DNA of 64,000 nt, from NCBI GenBank assembly GCA_963709485.1, contig CAVPWE010000007.1, positions 78,858 through 142,857 of the forward strand, written 5' to 3'. The number at the start of each line of letters is the position of its first letter. Position 1 is the stretch's first letter. A program made the position numbers and the translations under genes. Source of the stretch: an uncultured delta proteobacterium. GTDB lineage: Bacteria; Desulfobacterota; Syntrophia; Syntrophales; Fen-1087. Below are positions 1 through 8,089 of the stretch, piece after piece. Below the pieces are notes generated by a model that saw only the letters and a list, made by a program, of their open reading frames with translations, searched no databases and had not been told where the DNA came from.

Positions 1-219
1 ATCAATCACCGCTTCGGTCTCACTGCGAAAGACGACAATCTGACGCCGCGGATGCTGGAACCGGCCAGGGACGGAGAGCCGGAGGGGATCGAGATGAATT
101 TCGAGGGGATGAAATCGCGATTCTACGAGCTGGCGGGGTTCGATCCGGTCAAGGGCATCCCGACAAAGGAAAAACTCGAGGAATACGGCATGGGGGAGGA
201 GGCCGGGAAGGCATGGTAA
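1..219 (+). CDS. 3' end of an aldehyde:ferredoxin oxidoreductase (AOR) family gene (5' part outside window)
   Basis: Frame 1 is open from base 1 to TAA at 217-219. It is absent from the ORF track because it has no start in the window. The translation INHRFGLTAKDDNLTPRMLEP...RFYELAGFDPVKGIPTKEKLEEYGM fits the conserved AOR C-terminus as I remember it. Confidence 0.55.
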   Translation: MNHRFGLTAKDDNLTPRMLEPARDGEPEGIEMNFEGMKSRFYELAGFDPVKGIPTKEKLEEYGMGEEAGKAW

Positions 220-281
220 AGGCTAAAAAAGTACTATTGTTCCGAAAGACAGGGCAACCATTCGTTTACATGGAGGAAAGA

Positions 282-1163
282 ATGAAAACAAAACGACGGC
301 GCGTCATTGAAAGCATGGTCACATGGTTTATATGTGTTTCGCTGATGCTCGCAACCGGGGCGGTCGAATCCGGCGCTGCGGAACCGGTCCTGGGTGGTTC
401 GAGTACCGTTGCGACCGGGGCAGCCGGCGGTGCTGCGGCAGAGGGAGCCAGTAATCAGCTCGAGAGATGCGCTGAATCGCTTGGCACCGTGGCCGTCGTG
501 GAAGACCAGGGCGCGGCATGGTATGGGTATCTGTATTCGCATTATAAACTTGGTTCAACGGTGCCCGTATTGCGCATGATGATTCAGCAGTCGAACTGCT
601 TCGTCGTTGTTGAGCGCGGTCGTGCCATGGGCAACGTGATGCAGGAGCGGGCCCTGGAGAGGAGCGGCGAGATGCGCCAGGGTAGCGGCTTCGGCAAGGG
701 GCAGATGGTTGCTGCTGATTATACCGTGAGCCCATCGATCACGTTTAGCCAGAAAGATACCAGTGGTGTTGGCGGCGCCCTGGGAGGGCTGATGGGATCG
801 ACCGGCAGAAGGGTGTTTGGCGCCATCGCCGGCGGCTTGAAATCCAACGAAGCATCGACAACGCTCATACTGGTTGATAACCGCTCAAGCGTACAGCTGG
901 CCGCCGCTGAAGGAAGCGCTCAGAACTGGGACTTTAATATTGCAGGGGGTCTGCTCGGCAGCGTTGCAGGCGGGGGAGCAGGTGGTTACACCAACACGCC
1001 GGAGGGAAAAATCCTTACAGCAGCTTTCATGGATTCATACAACAAGCTCGTCCGTGCAGTACGCAATTACAGGGCGCAAACTGTCCAGGGTGGACTTGGC
1101 ACAGGGGGACGCCTCGGAGTACAGGGGGGACAGACCCCGGCATCCCAGGGTGTCGGCCGGTAG
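282..1163 (+). CDS. CsgG/HfaB-like secreted lipoprotein with a Gly-rich C-terminal half
   Basis: The ORF track gives 213..1163. I prefer the ATG at 282, which has GGAGGAAAG just upstream and is followed by a basic then hydrophobic signal-like N-terminus. The core LGTVAVVED...FVVVERGRAMGNVMQERALERSGEM...AADYTVSPSITF resembles the CsgG family. Confidence 0.5.
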   Translation: MKTKRRRVIESMVTWFICVSLMLATGAVESGAAEPVLGGSSTVATGAAGGAAAEGASNQLERCAESLGTVAVVEDQGAAWYGYLYSHYKLGSTVPVLRMMIQQSNCFVVVERGRAMGNVMQERALERSGEMRQGSGFGKGQMVAADYTVSPSITFSQKDTSGVGGALGGLMGSTGRRVFGAIAGGLKSNEASTTLILVDNRSSVQLAAAEGSAQNWDFNIAGGLLGSVAGGGAGGYTNTPEGKILTAAFMDSYNKLVRAVRNYRAQTVQGGLGTGGRLGVQGGQTPASQGVGR

Positions 1164-1280
1164 ACCTTCCCTTGATTTTTCAGTCGAAAATCAGCGCTGC
1201 CGCCATGGCCTTAACAGCCAACCCGCGGCAGCGCTTGACTTGAAGGTGACTCGGAGAGGCAACTTCCGGAAATACTTGAC

Positions 1281-1607
1281 TTAGTATCTTCCGCCGCCCG
1301 GACGGCCGCCTCTGAATCCGCCGCCACCCGGACGACCGCCTCTGAATCCGCCACTTTCTTTTTTGGGCTTGGCCTCATTGACTTCGATGGTATTGCCGTC
1401 GAGCACACCCTTATTGAACATGCTGATGGCCTTTTCTGCACCATCTTCAGTTTCCATCTCAATAAAACCAAACCCCTTGGACTGTTGCGTGAACTTGTCT
1501 CTGATGATGGTGACAGAGATGACTTTTCCGGCCTCGGAAAAATTGGACCGCAAATGATCTTCGCTTACTTTTTCTGTGAGATTTCCCACATATAGTTTTT
1601 TATTCAT
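1281..1607 (-). CDS. RRM-domain RNA-binding protein with C-terminal RGG box
   Basis: The 108-aa product has an RNP2-like LYVGNL and an RNP1-like KGFGFIEM motif. The tail is GGFRGGRPGGG repeated twice. Confidence 0.85.
   Translation of the reverse strand: MNKKLYVGNLTEKVSEDHLRSNFSEAGKVISVTIIRDKFTQQSKGFGFIEMETEDGAEKAISMFNKGVLDGNTIEVNEAKPKKESGGFRGGRPGGGGFRGGRPGGGRY
1291..1350. repeat. Tandem 30-nt duplication encoding the RGG tail
   Basis: CCGCCGCCCGGACGGCCGCCTCTGAATCCG (1291-1320) is followed directly by CCGCCACCCGGACGACCGCCTCTGAATCCG (1321-1350). The two units differ at 2 positions. Confidence 0.9.
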
Positions 1608-1635
1608 TTTAATAGCCTTTCCTTGGAAAAAGATT

Positions 1636-1836
1636 TTACACTCCCTTTACATTCACTGCCGACGGACCTTTGGGTCCTTTTTCGATGTCGAAGCTTACAC
1701 GCTGTCCCTCACGCAGGGTTTTAAACCCACTATCCTGAATGGCGCTGAAATGAACAAACAAATCTTTCCCCTCTTCTGTTTCTATGAATCCAAACCCCTT
1801 TTTCTCGTTAAACCATTTTACTGTTCCTTCCGCCAT
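1636..1836 (-). CDS. cspA: Cold-shock protein, CspA family
   Basis: The 66-aa product [18 protein letters not shown]...DLFVHFSAI is a canonical cold-shock domain with both RNP motifs. Confidence 0.95.
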   Translation of the reverse strand: MAEGTVKWFNEKKGFGFIETEEGKDLFVHFSAIQDSGFKTLREGQRVSFDIEKGPKGPSAVNVKGV

Positions 1837-1982
1837 CGTTAATCCTCCTTTATATTGGTTTTACCTGTGGAACCATTTGCAGTATCGCGATGCGCATGTC
1901 CACATATTGTAGAATATGACCGGCTTCTCCGTACATCCCCGGGTACTGCTTGCCAGATGTGCGCAAGCGAAAAACTTTGCGA

Positions 1983-3323
1983 TCAACGCACGCTTTGATG
2001 CCGGTCAGACTTCATTCGGGGAGACCCGATGATAAACGGGCACTGGGACAAATCCTTCCGCCCTTTTCGCGCTCCCGATGCCGAAACCGGCGAGGAGGCA
2101 TGGGCATGGCGTGCCGGGGTTTTTATCGAAGCGCCGGCCGTTAGGGGCTGCCTTCTGACATGCCGGCTGCGGCCGCATCCCTCACCGCCTTCGGGAGCGG
2201 GTATCCCGTAGTCGAAACCCGCCAATGTCCGCCTTTCCAGCGTTTCACCCAGAACATTTTCGATGCTCTGTACAAAAGCCCGGTCCGGCTGCGTCACAAA
2301 GGTGAATGCCTCCCCGGTTCTTTCAGCCCTGCCGGTCCGTCCGATCCGGTGCGTGTAGGCATCGATGGTGTCCGGTATGTCGTAATTGATCACATGCGAT
2401 ACCCTGGAAACATCAATGCCGCGCGCGGCAATGTCCGTGGCGACGAGAACCCGGTATTTTCCGCTTCTGAATCCGCTGATCGCCTCCTGCCGCTTGTTCT
2501 GGGAAAGGTCCCCCTGCAGCGATGTCACGAGATACCCTGATTTTTTCACCTGTTTCGCCAGGCGGGTTGTGCGGGCCTTGGTGCGCGCAAAGACCAGAAC
2601 TGAAGCTACCTCCGTGCGATCCAGAATCTTCAATAAAAGAGATGTCTTGAGGTGTGGATCAACGGGATAGATCGCATGGGAGACCGTGGACGCGGGTGCT
2701 GCGTTGCCGATCTGAACGGTTACGGGCTTTCGCAGGACGCTTTCTGCCAGGTCCCGAACATCATCCGGCATGGTCGCCGAGAAGAGAAGGGTCTGCCGCT
2801 TGACAGGCAGGCGGCTCAGGATTTTCCTGATATCCGGCAGAAAGCCCATGTCGAACATACGGTCTGCCTCGTCCAGGACAAGCACTTCAATGCGGGTCAG
2901 ATCGATTACACCCTGATTCATGAGATCGATCAGGCGTCCGGGACAGGCAACAACCATTTCAACCCCGCCGCGGAGACTGCTGATCTGGGTGTTCTGGTTC
3001 ACACCGCCATAGATCGTGGCGCTGTTCAGTTTTGTGTTCCGGCCTAACTGGCCAATGGCCTCATGCGTCTGCTCCGCCAGTTCCCTCGTGGGTGCGATGA
3101 TCAGCGCTCGTATGCATTTCCGCGGTCCTGTCATGAGGCGATGCAATATCGGCAGCACAAATGCCGCCGTCTTGCCGGTTCCGGTCTGGGCAAGCCCCAT
3201 AACGTCACGGCCGTCCATGATCGGCGGTATCGACTGTAACTGGATCGGTGTCGGTTCCCTGTAGCCCTGCATCTCTATGCCGGTTGTAATTTTGGGATGT
3301 AAATTGAATGATTCAAAGTTCAA
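1983..3323 (-). CDS. rhlE: DEAD-box ATP-dependent RNA helicase (RhlE-like)
   Basis: The motifs occur in canonical order: TPIQ (Q-region), AQTGTGKT, DEAD, SAT, HRIGRTGR. The C-terminal tail is basic. Confidence 0.9.
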   Translation of the reverse strand: MNFESFNLHPKITTGIEMQGYREPTPIQLQSIPPIMDGRDVMGLAQTGTGKTAAFVLPILHRLMTGPRKCIRALIIAPTRELAEQTHEAIGQLGRNTKLNSATIYGGVNQNTQISSLRGGVEMVVACPGRLIDLMNQGVIDLTRIEVLVLDEADRMFDMGFLPDIRKILSRLPVKRQTLLFSATMPDDVRDLAESVLRKPVTVQIGNAAPASTVSHAIYPVDPHLKTSLLLKILDRTEVASVLVFARTKARTTRLAKQVKKSGYLVTSLQGDLSQNKRQEAISGFRSGKYRVLVATDIAARGIDVSRVSHVINYDIPDTIDAYTHRIGRTGRAERTGEAFTFVTQPDRAFVQSIENVLGETLERRTLAGFDYGIPAPEGGEGCGRSRHVRRQPLTAGASIKTPARHAHASSPVSASGARKGRKDLSQCPFIIGSPRMKSDRHQSVR

Positions 3324-3469
3324 TGTTTGTTCTCTTTCCTTTTATGTGTATGTTTAATCATCGTTTGACAGCATTGTTCCTGTTCGCCGTTCCGTTTTCT
3401 TTCGTGGTTATTAATCCGGTTTCATCATCGTCCTTTCTGTGTTCAGTCTCTGATGCGGCATTCCAGGAT

Positions 3470-3509
3470 ATAAAAAAGCCCGTGGGATCTAATAAAAAAT
3501 CCCATGGGC
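3470..3509 (-). terminator. Rho-independent terminator (minus strand)
   Basis: An 11-bp stem forms between GCCCGTGGGAT (3478-3488) and ATCCCATGGGC (3499-3509), with one G-U pair. Read on the minus strand it is followed by TTTTTTA (3471-3477). Confidence 0.5.
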
Positions 3510-3752
3510 CTGTGCAAGTTAGGTGGATTTTAAATTAAACTGCCGCGATCGTGGTTACCACTTACAGGATCGTGAGGAGGATGTCAATGTATTTTTCAAG
3601 TGCGGTATCTGCATCACCTTTTGTACACCCGCAGGGTTCTCGAAATGCTTCGATCATTGACTGCAAGGAAGGGAGAAAAAAAGCAAAAGTTATCGGTTTG
3701 GACATGTTTAAGGATTTGCCGATGCCCTATGGTTGCTCCCACCAGAACAAAC

Positions 3753-4361
3753 CTATCTGTTGTCGCTGCTCAAATGATTCCGGTCATTGAACAAATCGAT
3801 GAAAGCGGATCCATTCTGAAATCTGACGATGGTCTTGGAAGCTGTGTCAACGTGGACGGATCTGAATTCTGATAAATTTATGTCTTTAATTTTGCAGAGA
3901 ATGGAGGCGATGGTAAAACTGTGTGAAACCACCAAGGCCTTATCATGTTTATAGACGATGTTTTCAATTGCTTTCCATGCACGGGCTTGCAGTTCAGCAA
4001 ATGATTCGCCGTTGGGCATCCTGACCGATGCAGGATCGGAGATCCATTTCCTGAGGAAGTCTTTCTCACGGCTCATCAACTCTTGAAAAGAAAGACCTTC
4101 AAAATCCCCTTGGTTCATTTCCATCAGACTGGATTCCAGGTAGATGGGGGCATGGTGATATTGATTGACGATCTGGGCCGTTTTGCGGGCTCTGATCAGG
4201 GGACTGGAATAGATCGATCGGATATCATGATTTTTAAGGGACAGGGCAAGCTGCCGGGCCTGTTTCAGGCCCACATCGTTCAAGTCTATATCACTGAAAC
4301 CCTGAACCCGGCGTTCCTTATTCCAGACGGTTTCACCGTGCCTGATCAGAAACAGTTCCAT
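3753..4361 (-). CDS. Histidine phosphatase (phosphoglycerate mutase superfamily) protein
   Basis: The ORF track gives 3753..4454. I chose the internal ATG at 4361 because MELFLIRHGETVWNKERRVQG places the catalytic RHGE motif at the usual N-terminal position. Confidence 0.8.
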   Translation of the reverse strand: MELFLIRHGETVWNKERRVQGFSDIDLNDVGLKQARQLALSLKNHDIRSIYSSPLIRARKTAQIVNQYHHAPIYLESSLMEMNQGDFEGLSFQELMSREKDFLRKWISDPASVRMPNGESFAELQARAWKAIENIVYKHDKALVVSHSFTIASILCKIKDINLSEFRSVHVDTASKTIVRFQNGSAFIDLFNDRNHLSSDNR

Positions 4362-4608
4362 AACTTCTTCGTGAACAATTATTATTGCCCGGAAAATCCA
4401 GGATGGCGGCATTGAAAATACCGGACTGTTCCACATTAACAAAATGGGCGGCATCCGGGATTATCTTCAATGTCGACGATGCGATGCGTTCTTTATAATC
4501 AATAGCATAATCTCGAGGAAACAGCATCAATGATTGCGGCTTGAAGAAATACTTCATCCGACAATGGAATTTTTGCAAAAGCCGTTGACACGGCGTTGGT
4601 TTCCTCAT
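4333..4608 (-). pseudogene. C-terminal fragment of an alpha/beta-hydrolase-like gene
   Basis: This is part of ORF 4333..4668. Only LMLFPRDYAIDYKERIASSTLKIIPDAAHFVNVEQSGIFNAAILDF resembles the last ~45 aa of alpha/beta hydrolases (the conserved His region). No nucleophile-elbow part lies upstream, and the ORF runs into the next gene. Confidence 0.3.
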
Positions 4609-4660
4609 ATGGCTCCCTTCAGAAAAGCAATAAAACATTTTCGGTAGCGGGAGCTTTGCC

Positions 4661-5860
4661 TTGTTCAATCACGATCGGGGGGAGATCGATTCCTCCCATA
4701 AAAAAATTGCGGTTCTGCTCTTTTGTCTGGCGCTGATAAGTTTTCTGGTGTTTCACGCGCACGGAGCCGATCCGGGAATATGCGCTGAAGACAAAGGGCG
4801 GATTTCGGACCACTTCGACGGGAACCTGTTTTTCAATCCGGGAATCGGCATGCCTCCGCCTTTGCCTGCGGGCGGGGAGACGAAACGCGGCATCTCCGGC
4901 TGGATTTGGCGTTGGATGTTTGGGAACGATTGGCCAGCATGGCCGCAAATAATAAATGGCAAGCGGGGAGAACCACCGGCTGCCCGTGTTCCGAAAGATT
5001 CACTCTCGGTAACATCCATCGGACATGCAACGTTTCTCATTCAAATGGACGGGCTCAATATCCTGATCGATCCCATCTGGTCGGACCGCTGCAGTCCGGT
5101 TTCATGGGCTGGTCCGAAGCGCCATCAGGACCCCGGCATCCGTATTGAAGATCTGCCGCCCATCGATGCGGTCCTGGTGTCCCACAATCATTATGATCAT
5201 TTGGACCTCCCCACGCTGAAGCGTCTCGAAAGGAAGGGTGTCCAGCGCTCCATAACAACGCTCGGCAACCGTGATCTTATTCGTGGGGCAGGCATTTCCA
5301 CCGTGGATGAGCTGGACTGGTGGCAGTCGGTCCGCCTCTCGGAGGAGGTCACGGTGACAGTGGTTCCTGCGCAGCACTTTTCGGCCCGGACGCCATGGGA
5401 CAGGAATAAAACCCTATGGGGAGGGTTTGTCATCGCCGGGCCGTCGGGGATCGTTTTCTATTCCGGAGACACGGGATATGGCCCCCACTTCCGGGAGATT
5501 TCTCAGCGATTCTCGCCGATCCGTGTTGCCATCCTTCCAATCTCGCCTTTCCGGCCGCGAAAATCCAACGAGCCGTCTCACGGGCATTACCCCGTAGTCC
5601 ACATGCGACCGTCCGAGGCCGTCCAGGCGCACCTGGATCTGCGCGCCAGTTTCAGTGTCGCTGCACACTTTCAGGTGTTTCAATTGGGAGCTGACGGATT
5701 TGACGATGCCCCGAACGAACTGAGATCGACATTGCTGGAACGCGATCTGAAGCCGGATGTATTCATTGCACCGCCGCCGGGTCATTCCATCAGGCTCGCT
5801 GCGCATTCCGGCAATGCACACGGCTTGGTGAGCCTCCCGAGGGCAGGCATGCACCGATGA
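4661..5860 (+). CDS. MBL-fold metallo-hydrolase (NAPE-PLD-like)
   Basis: The 399-aa ORF has a TTG start and an HxHxDH motif (SHNHYDHLD). The block HATFLIQMDGLNILIDPIW is typical of this fold, and the N-terminus is hydrophobic. Confidence 0.75.
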   Translation: MFNHDRGEIDSSHKKIAVLLFCLALISFLVFHAHGADPGICAEDKGRISDHFDGNLFFNPGIGMPPPLPAGGETKRGISGWIWRWMFGNDWPAWPQIINGKRGEPPAARVPKDSLSVTSIGHATFLIQMDGLNILIDPIWSDRCSPVSWAGPKRHQDPGIRIEDLPPIDAVLVSHNHYDHLDLPTLKRLERKGVQRSITTLGNRDLIRGAGISTVDELDWWQSVRLSEEVTVTVVPAQHFSARTPWDRNKTLWGGFVIAGPSGIVFYSGDTGYGPHFREISQRFSPIRVAILPISPFRPRKSNEPSHGHYPVVHMRPSEAVQAHLDLRASFSVAAHFQVFQLGADGFDDAPNELRSTLLERDLKPDVFIAPPPGHSIRLAAHSGNAHGLVSLPRAGMHR

Positions 5861-6243
5861 AGGTTGATATGAGAAAAAAGCATCTATGGTTCATGGTTCT
5901 CTTTTTTCTTATGTGCGGGTGTGCATATGCTCATGATTCCGGCGAGGCAGCAAAAATCCGATATCTGATCGGATCTGTGGAAACTTTGCAGGGCGTTACA
6001 TTCCTCAGAAATGGGATTGAGTATGATGGCAAGCAAGCGGCAGACCACTTGCGCCTCAAGCTCAAGATGGCAGGGGACCGGGTAAATACGGCAGAAGACT
6101 TCATCAGATTTTGTGCCTCGAAATCGTCCATTTCAGGCGAAGCGTACCGAATGCGGTTCCCGGATGGGACAACCTTGGATGCAGAGGCGTTCTTCCGCAA
6201 AAGGCTGAAGGCACTCGCCGCTGACCCGTTATTCCGACCATGA
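5857..6243 (+). CDS. DUF5329-like secreted protein
   Basis: The 128-aa product has a signal peptide with a Cys-containing lipobox-like LMCGC. EAAKIRYLIGSVETLQGVTFLRNGIEYDGKQAADHLRLKL resembles DUF5329 as I remember it. The ATGA overlap with the previous gene suggests co-translation. Confidence 0.5.
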   Translation: MKVDMRKKHLWFMVLFFLMCGCAYAHDSGEAAKIRYLIGSVETLQGVTFLRNGIEYDGKQAADHLRLKLKMAGDRVNTAEDFIRFCASKSSISGEAYRMRFPDGTTLDAEAFFRKRLKALAADPLFRP

Positions 6244-6301
6244 TGTTGACCCACAGTTAAAAAAAAGGTCTACCTTAAATCGGCTAACCCATTGATTTCA
6301 T

Positions 6302-6346
6302 TGGTGGTCCGTGTGAGGATTGAACTCACGACCAACGGATTAAGAG
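6302..6346 (-). repeat. Partial tRNA-Lys copy 1 (3' half; distal att junction of island A)
   Basis: TGGTGGTCCGTGTGAGGATTGAACTCACGACCAACGGATTAAGAG matches 33073-33117 of the intact tRNA at all but 2 positions and has the same orientation. Confidence 0.85.
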
Positions 6347-6676
6347 CCGAAAACTGAAAACAGGCGATTTCCCATCAAAATTAATCGCTTAAGTATCAAC
6401 AGGTTGCGAAGGTCAACTTGTATTACATTGGTTTTTCTTGGCTTTTTTTCGGTTCTGGCGGTTACAATTTGGTTACACTGTTTTCTTGACTCGAACTCGT
6501 CTTTTTCTCCCCAACACAGCCCCGGTCCAGCCGGGAATACCCGCTCGGCTCACAGGCACTGGAATGAGGATGTGCGGAAGGAGTTGGAGGGGCGAGCTGT
6601 TAAAGCGCAACGGCCATCATTTCCTGGTCAGGGAATAGATGCAGTTTTCGGATGTATCTGCCACCCTTGTGAGGCA

Positions 6677-6883
6677 TTGTCGGAATCCTTTACAGGTATG
6701 ACTTGCCGTAACTATTTCTATTTATTATACAATCATCAATAATCACGAATCTTCCCCCGTTTCAATTGTCGGAATATTTTACAAACCGTAAAACACTGTA
6801 AATCATTTATCTGTCTATAATTATTATATATTCCCCAGAATAGATCTGTTGTCCTGCCAATTTAACCGTCGGAATTCTTTACA
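6677..6883 (+). promoter_or_regulatory. Three copies of a 17-nt dyad-ended motif (candidate enhancer/UAS sites)
   Basis: The copies are TGTCGGAATCCTTTACA (6678-6694), TGTCGGAATATTTTACA (6767-6783) and CGTCGGAATTCTTTACA (6867-6883). All share one orientation and have the form TGT-N11-ACA. They lie ~65-270 bp upstream of the -24/-12 element. Confidence 0.4.
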
Positions 6884-6945
6884 ATTTCAATGAATTCCTG
6901 GGCTATGATTCCATAATCATGAATGATATCAATCTTGTAATTGTA

Positions 6946-6961
6946 TGGTATAAGAATTGCT
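6946..6961 (+). promoter_or_regulatory. Sigma-54-type -24/-12 promoter of the PEP-CTERM cassette
   Basis: TGGTATAAGAATTGCT has GG (6947-6948) and GC (6959-6960) separated by exactly 10 nt, as in the TGGCAC-N5-TTGC consensus. It sits ~47 nt upstream of the ATG at 7008, which has an AAAGAGGAG RBS. Confidence 0.5.
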
Positions 6962-7007
6962 ACATGTAAGTTCAGTCTCATGAAAAAAATTCAAAGAGGA
7001 GATAATT

Positions 7008-7982
7008 ATGAAAAGATTGCTTTCGGTATTGGTTACGTTATCCATCCTGTTGGGCCTGGCAGGCATGGCGACCGCGGGTCACATTTATCCGTATGGACTC
7101 AATGCAATATCAGAAGCTGGTGTTATGGCTGGTGTAAGTTATGGTGGGGGAGGCTTCCCGATTGGCAGTAACTGGTATGGTTATAGCAAAGGGAACAATG
7201 ATGACCTTTCCTTTTCCTATCCTCCTGCAAATCCATACAGTATTTACAACCAGAATCAGTTAAACTCGAATGCTAACTTTGTGAACGTAGGTTACGTCGA
7301 CCTCGTAGTTACGGTTTTTAACACGTATACCGCATGGAATGATAATATGCAGGCTTGGCAAAATACTCTCACATCTGTTGCCGGGACTGCGAATTTAACC
7401 ACCGCAGAGTATTTTTTTAATTACAATTACGGTTACTGGGGAGACCCTACATATAATTGGCAATATTGGAATGATCTGAGATCCCACAAGAATCAAACAG
7501 GACAAACATGGGACACATTTACGTATGAACTGGGATTCGGAACAGGGACTAACTTCTTCAAAAATCCGGTCAATGACGGGCTTGACTTTGACACACCATC
7601 AATGAACCCATACCCATATTCAACACAATTGTCCAGTTTCAATCATCAGGATGATACCCTTACGTTTTACAACGGTACCGTACCCAATAACGGACTGCTT
7701 TATACTTTCTTTGCCTTGGATATTCCAAACTCTGATAGCATACCACAAGCCTATAGGTTCACCAACAGGGCTGTAACCCTCGATATTCAGTCTTACGATG
7801 CTACTGGTCAAACTATTACAACCCCTACACAGTTCTTAGTTGATGGTTACGATTTCACGCTCCGCTATTATCCAACAGCCGCTAATGGTAATACGAATCC
7901 CGTCCCCGAACCCGCCACCATACTTCTTCTTGGTCTGGGTCTGATGGGACTTGCAGGAGCGAGGAGAAAGTTAAAGAAGTAG
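7008..7982 (+). CDS. PEP-CTERM sorting-domain protein (paralog 1)
   Basis: The 324-aa product has a signal peptide and an N/Y/W/T-rich body. The C-terminus VPEPATILLLGLGLMGLAGARRKLKK gives the PEP motif, a TM helix and a basic tail. Confidence 0.9.
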   Translation: MKRLLSVLVTLSILLGLAGMATAGHIYPYGLNAISEAGVMAGVSYGGGGFPIGSNWYGYSKGNNDDLSFSYPPANPYSIYNQNQLNSNANFVNVGYVDLVVTVFNTYTAWNDNMQAWQNTLTSVAGTANLTTAEYFFNYNYGYWGDPTYNWQYWNDLRSHKNQTGQTWDTFTYELGFGTGTNFFKNPVNDGLDFDTPSMNPYPYSTQLSSFNHQDDTLTFYNGTVPNNGLLYTFFALDIPNSDSIPQAYRFTNRAVTLDIQSYDATGQTITTPTQFLVDGYDFTLRYYPTAANGNTNPVPEPATILLLGLGLMGLAGARRKLKK

Positions 7983-8089
7983 GTTGGTTCAAAATTTCAA
8001 AAGAAAGAAAATTCTTATCAATTTAATTGAGAAGAGATTCAAGAAGCAAAAGAATCAATTGATTTCAACTCAATCTAAAGGAGTAAGCG

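Noticed and set aside
213-281. Upstream extension of the CsgG-like ORF (MVKAKKVLLF...), which starts inside the stop region of the AOR-family gene.
   Set aside because: The internal ATG at 282 has a strong GGAGGAAAG RBS and gives a normal signal peptide. The extension would add 23 non-signal residues.
6404-6742. 112-aa and 66-aa plus-strand ORFs at the left end of island A.
   Set aside because: They have no Shine-Dalgarno sequence and an odd composition. They overlap the first upstream dyad site. The region is better explained as non-coding regulatory and att-arm DNA.
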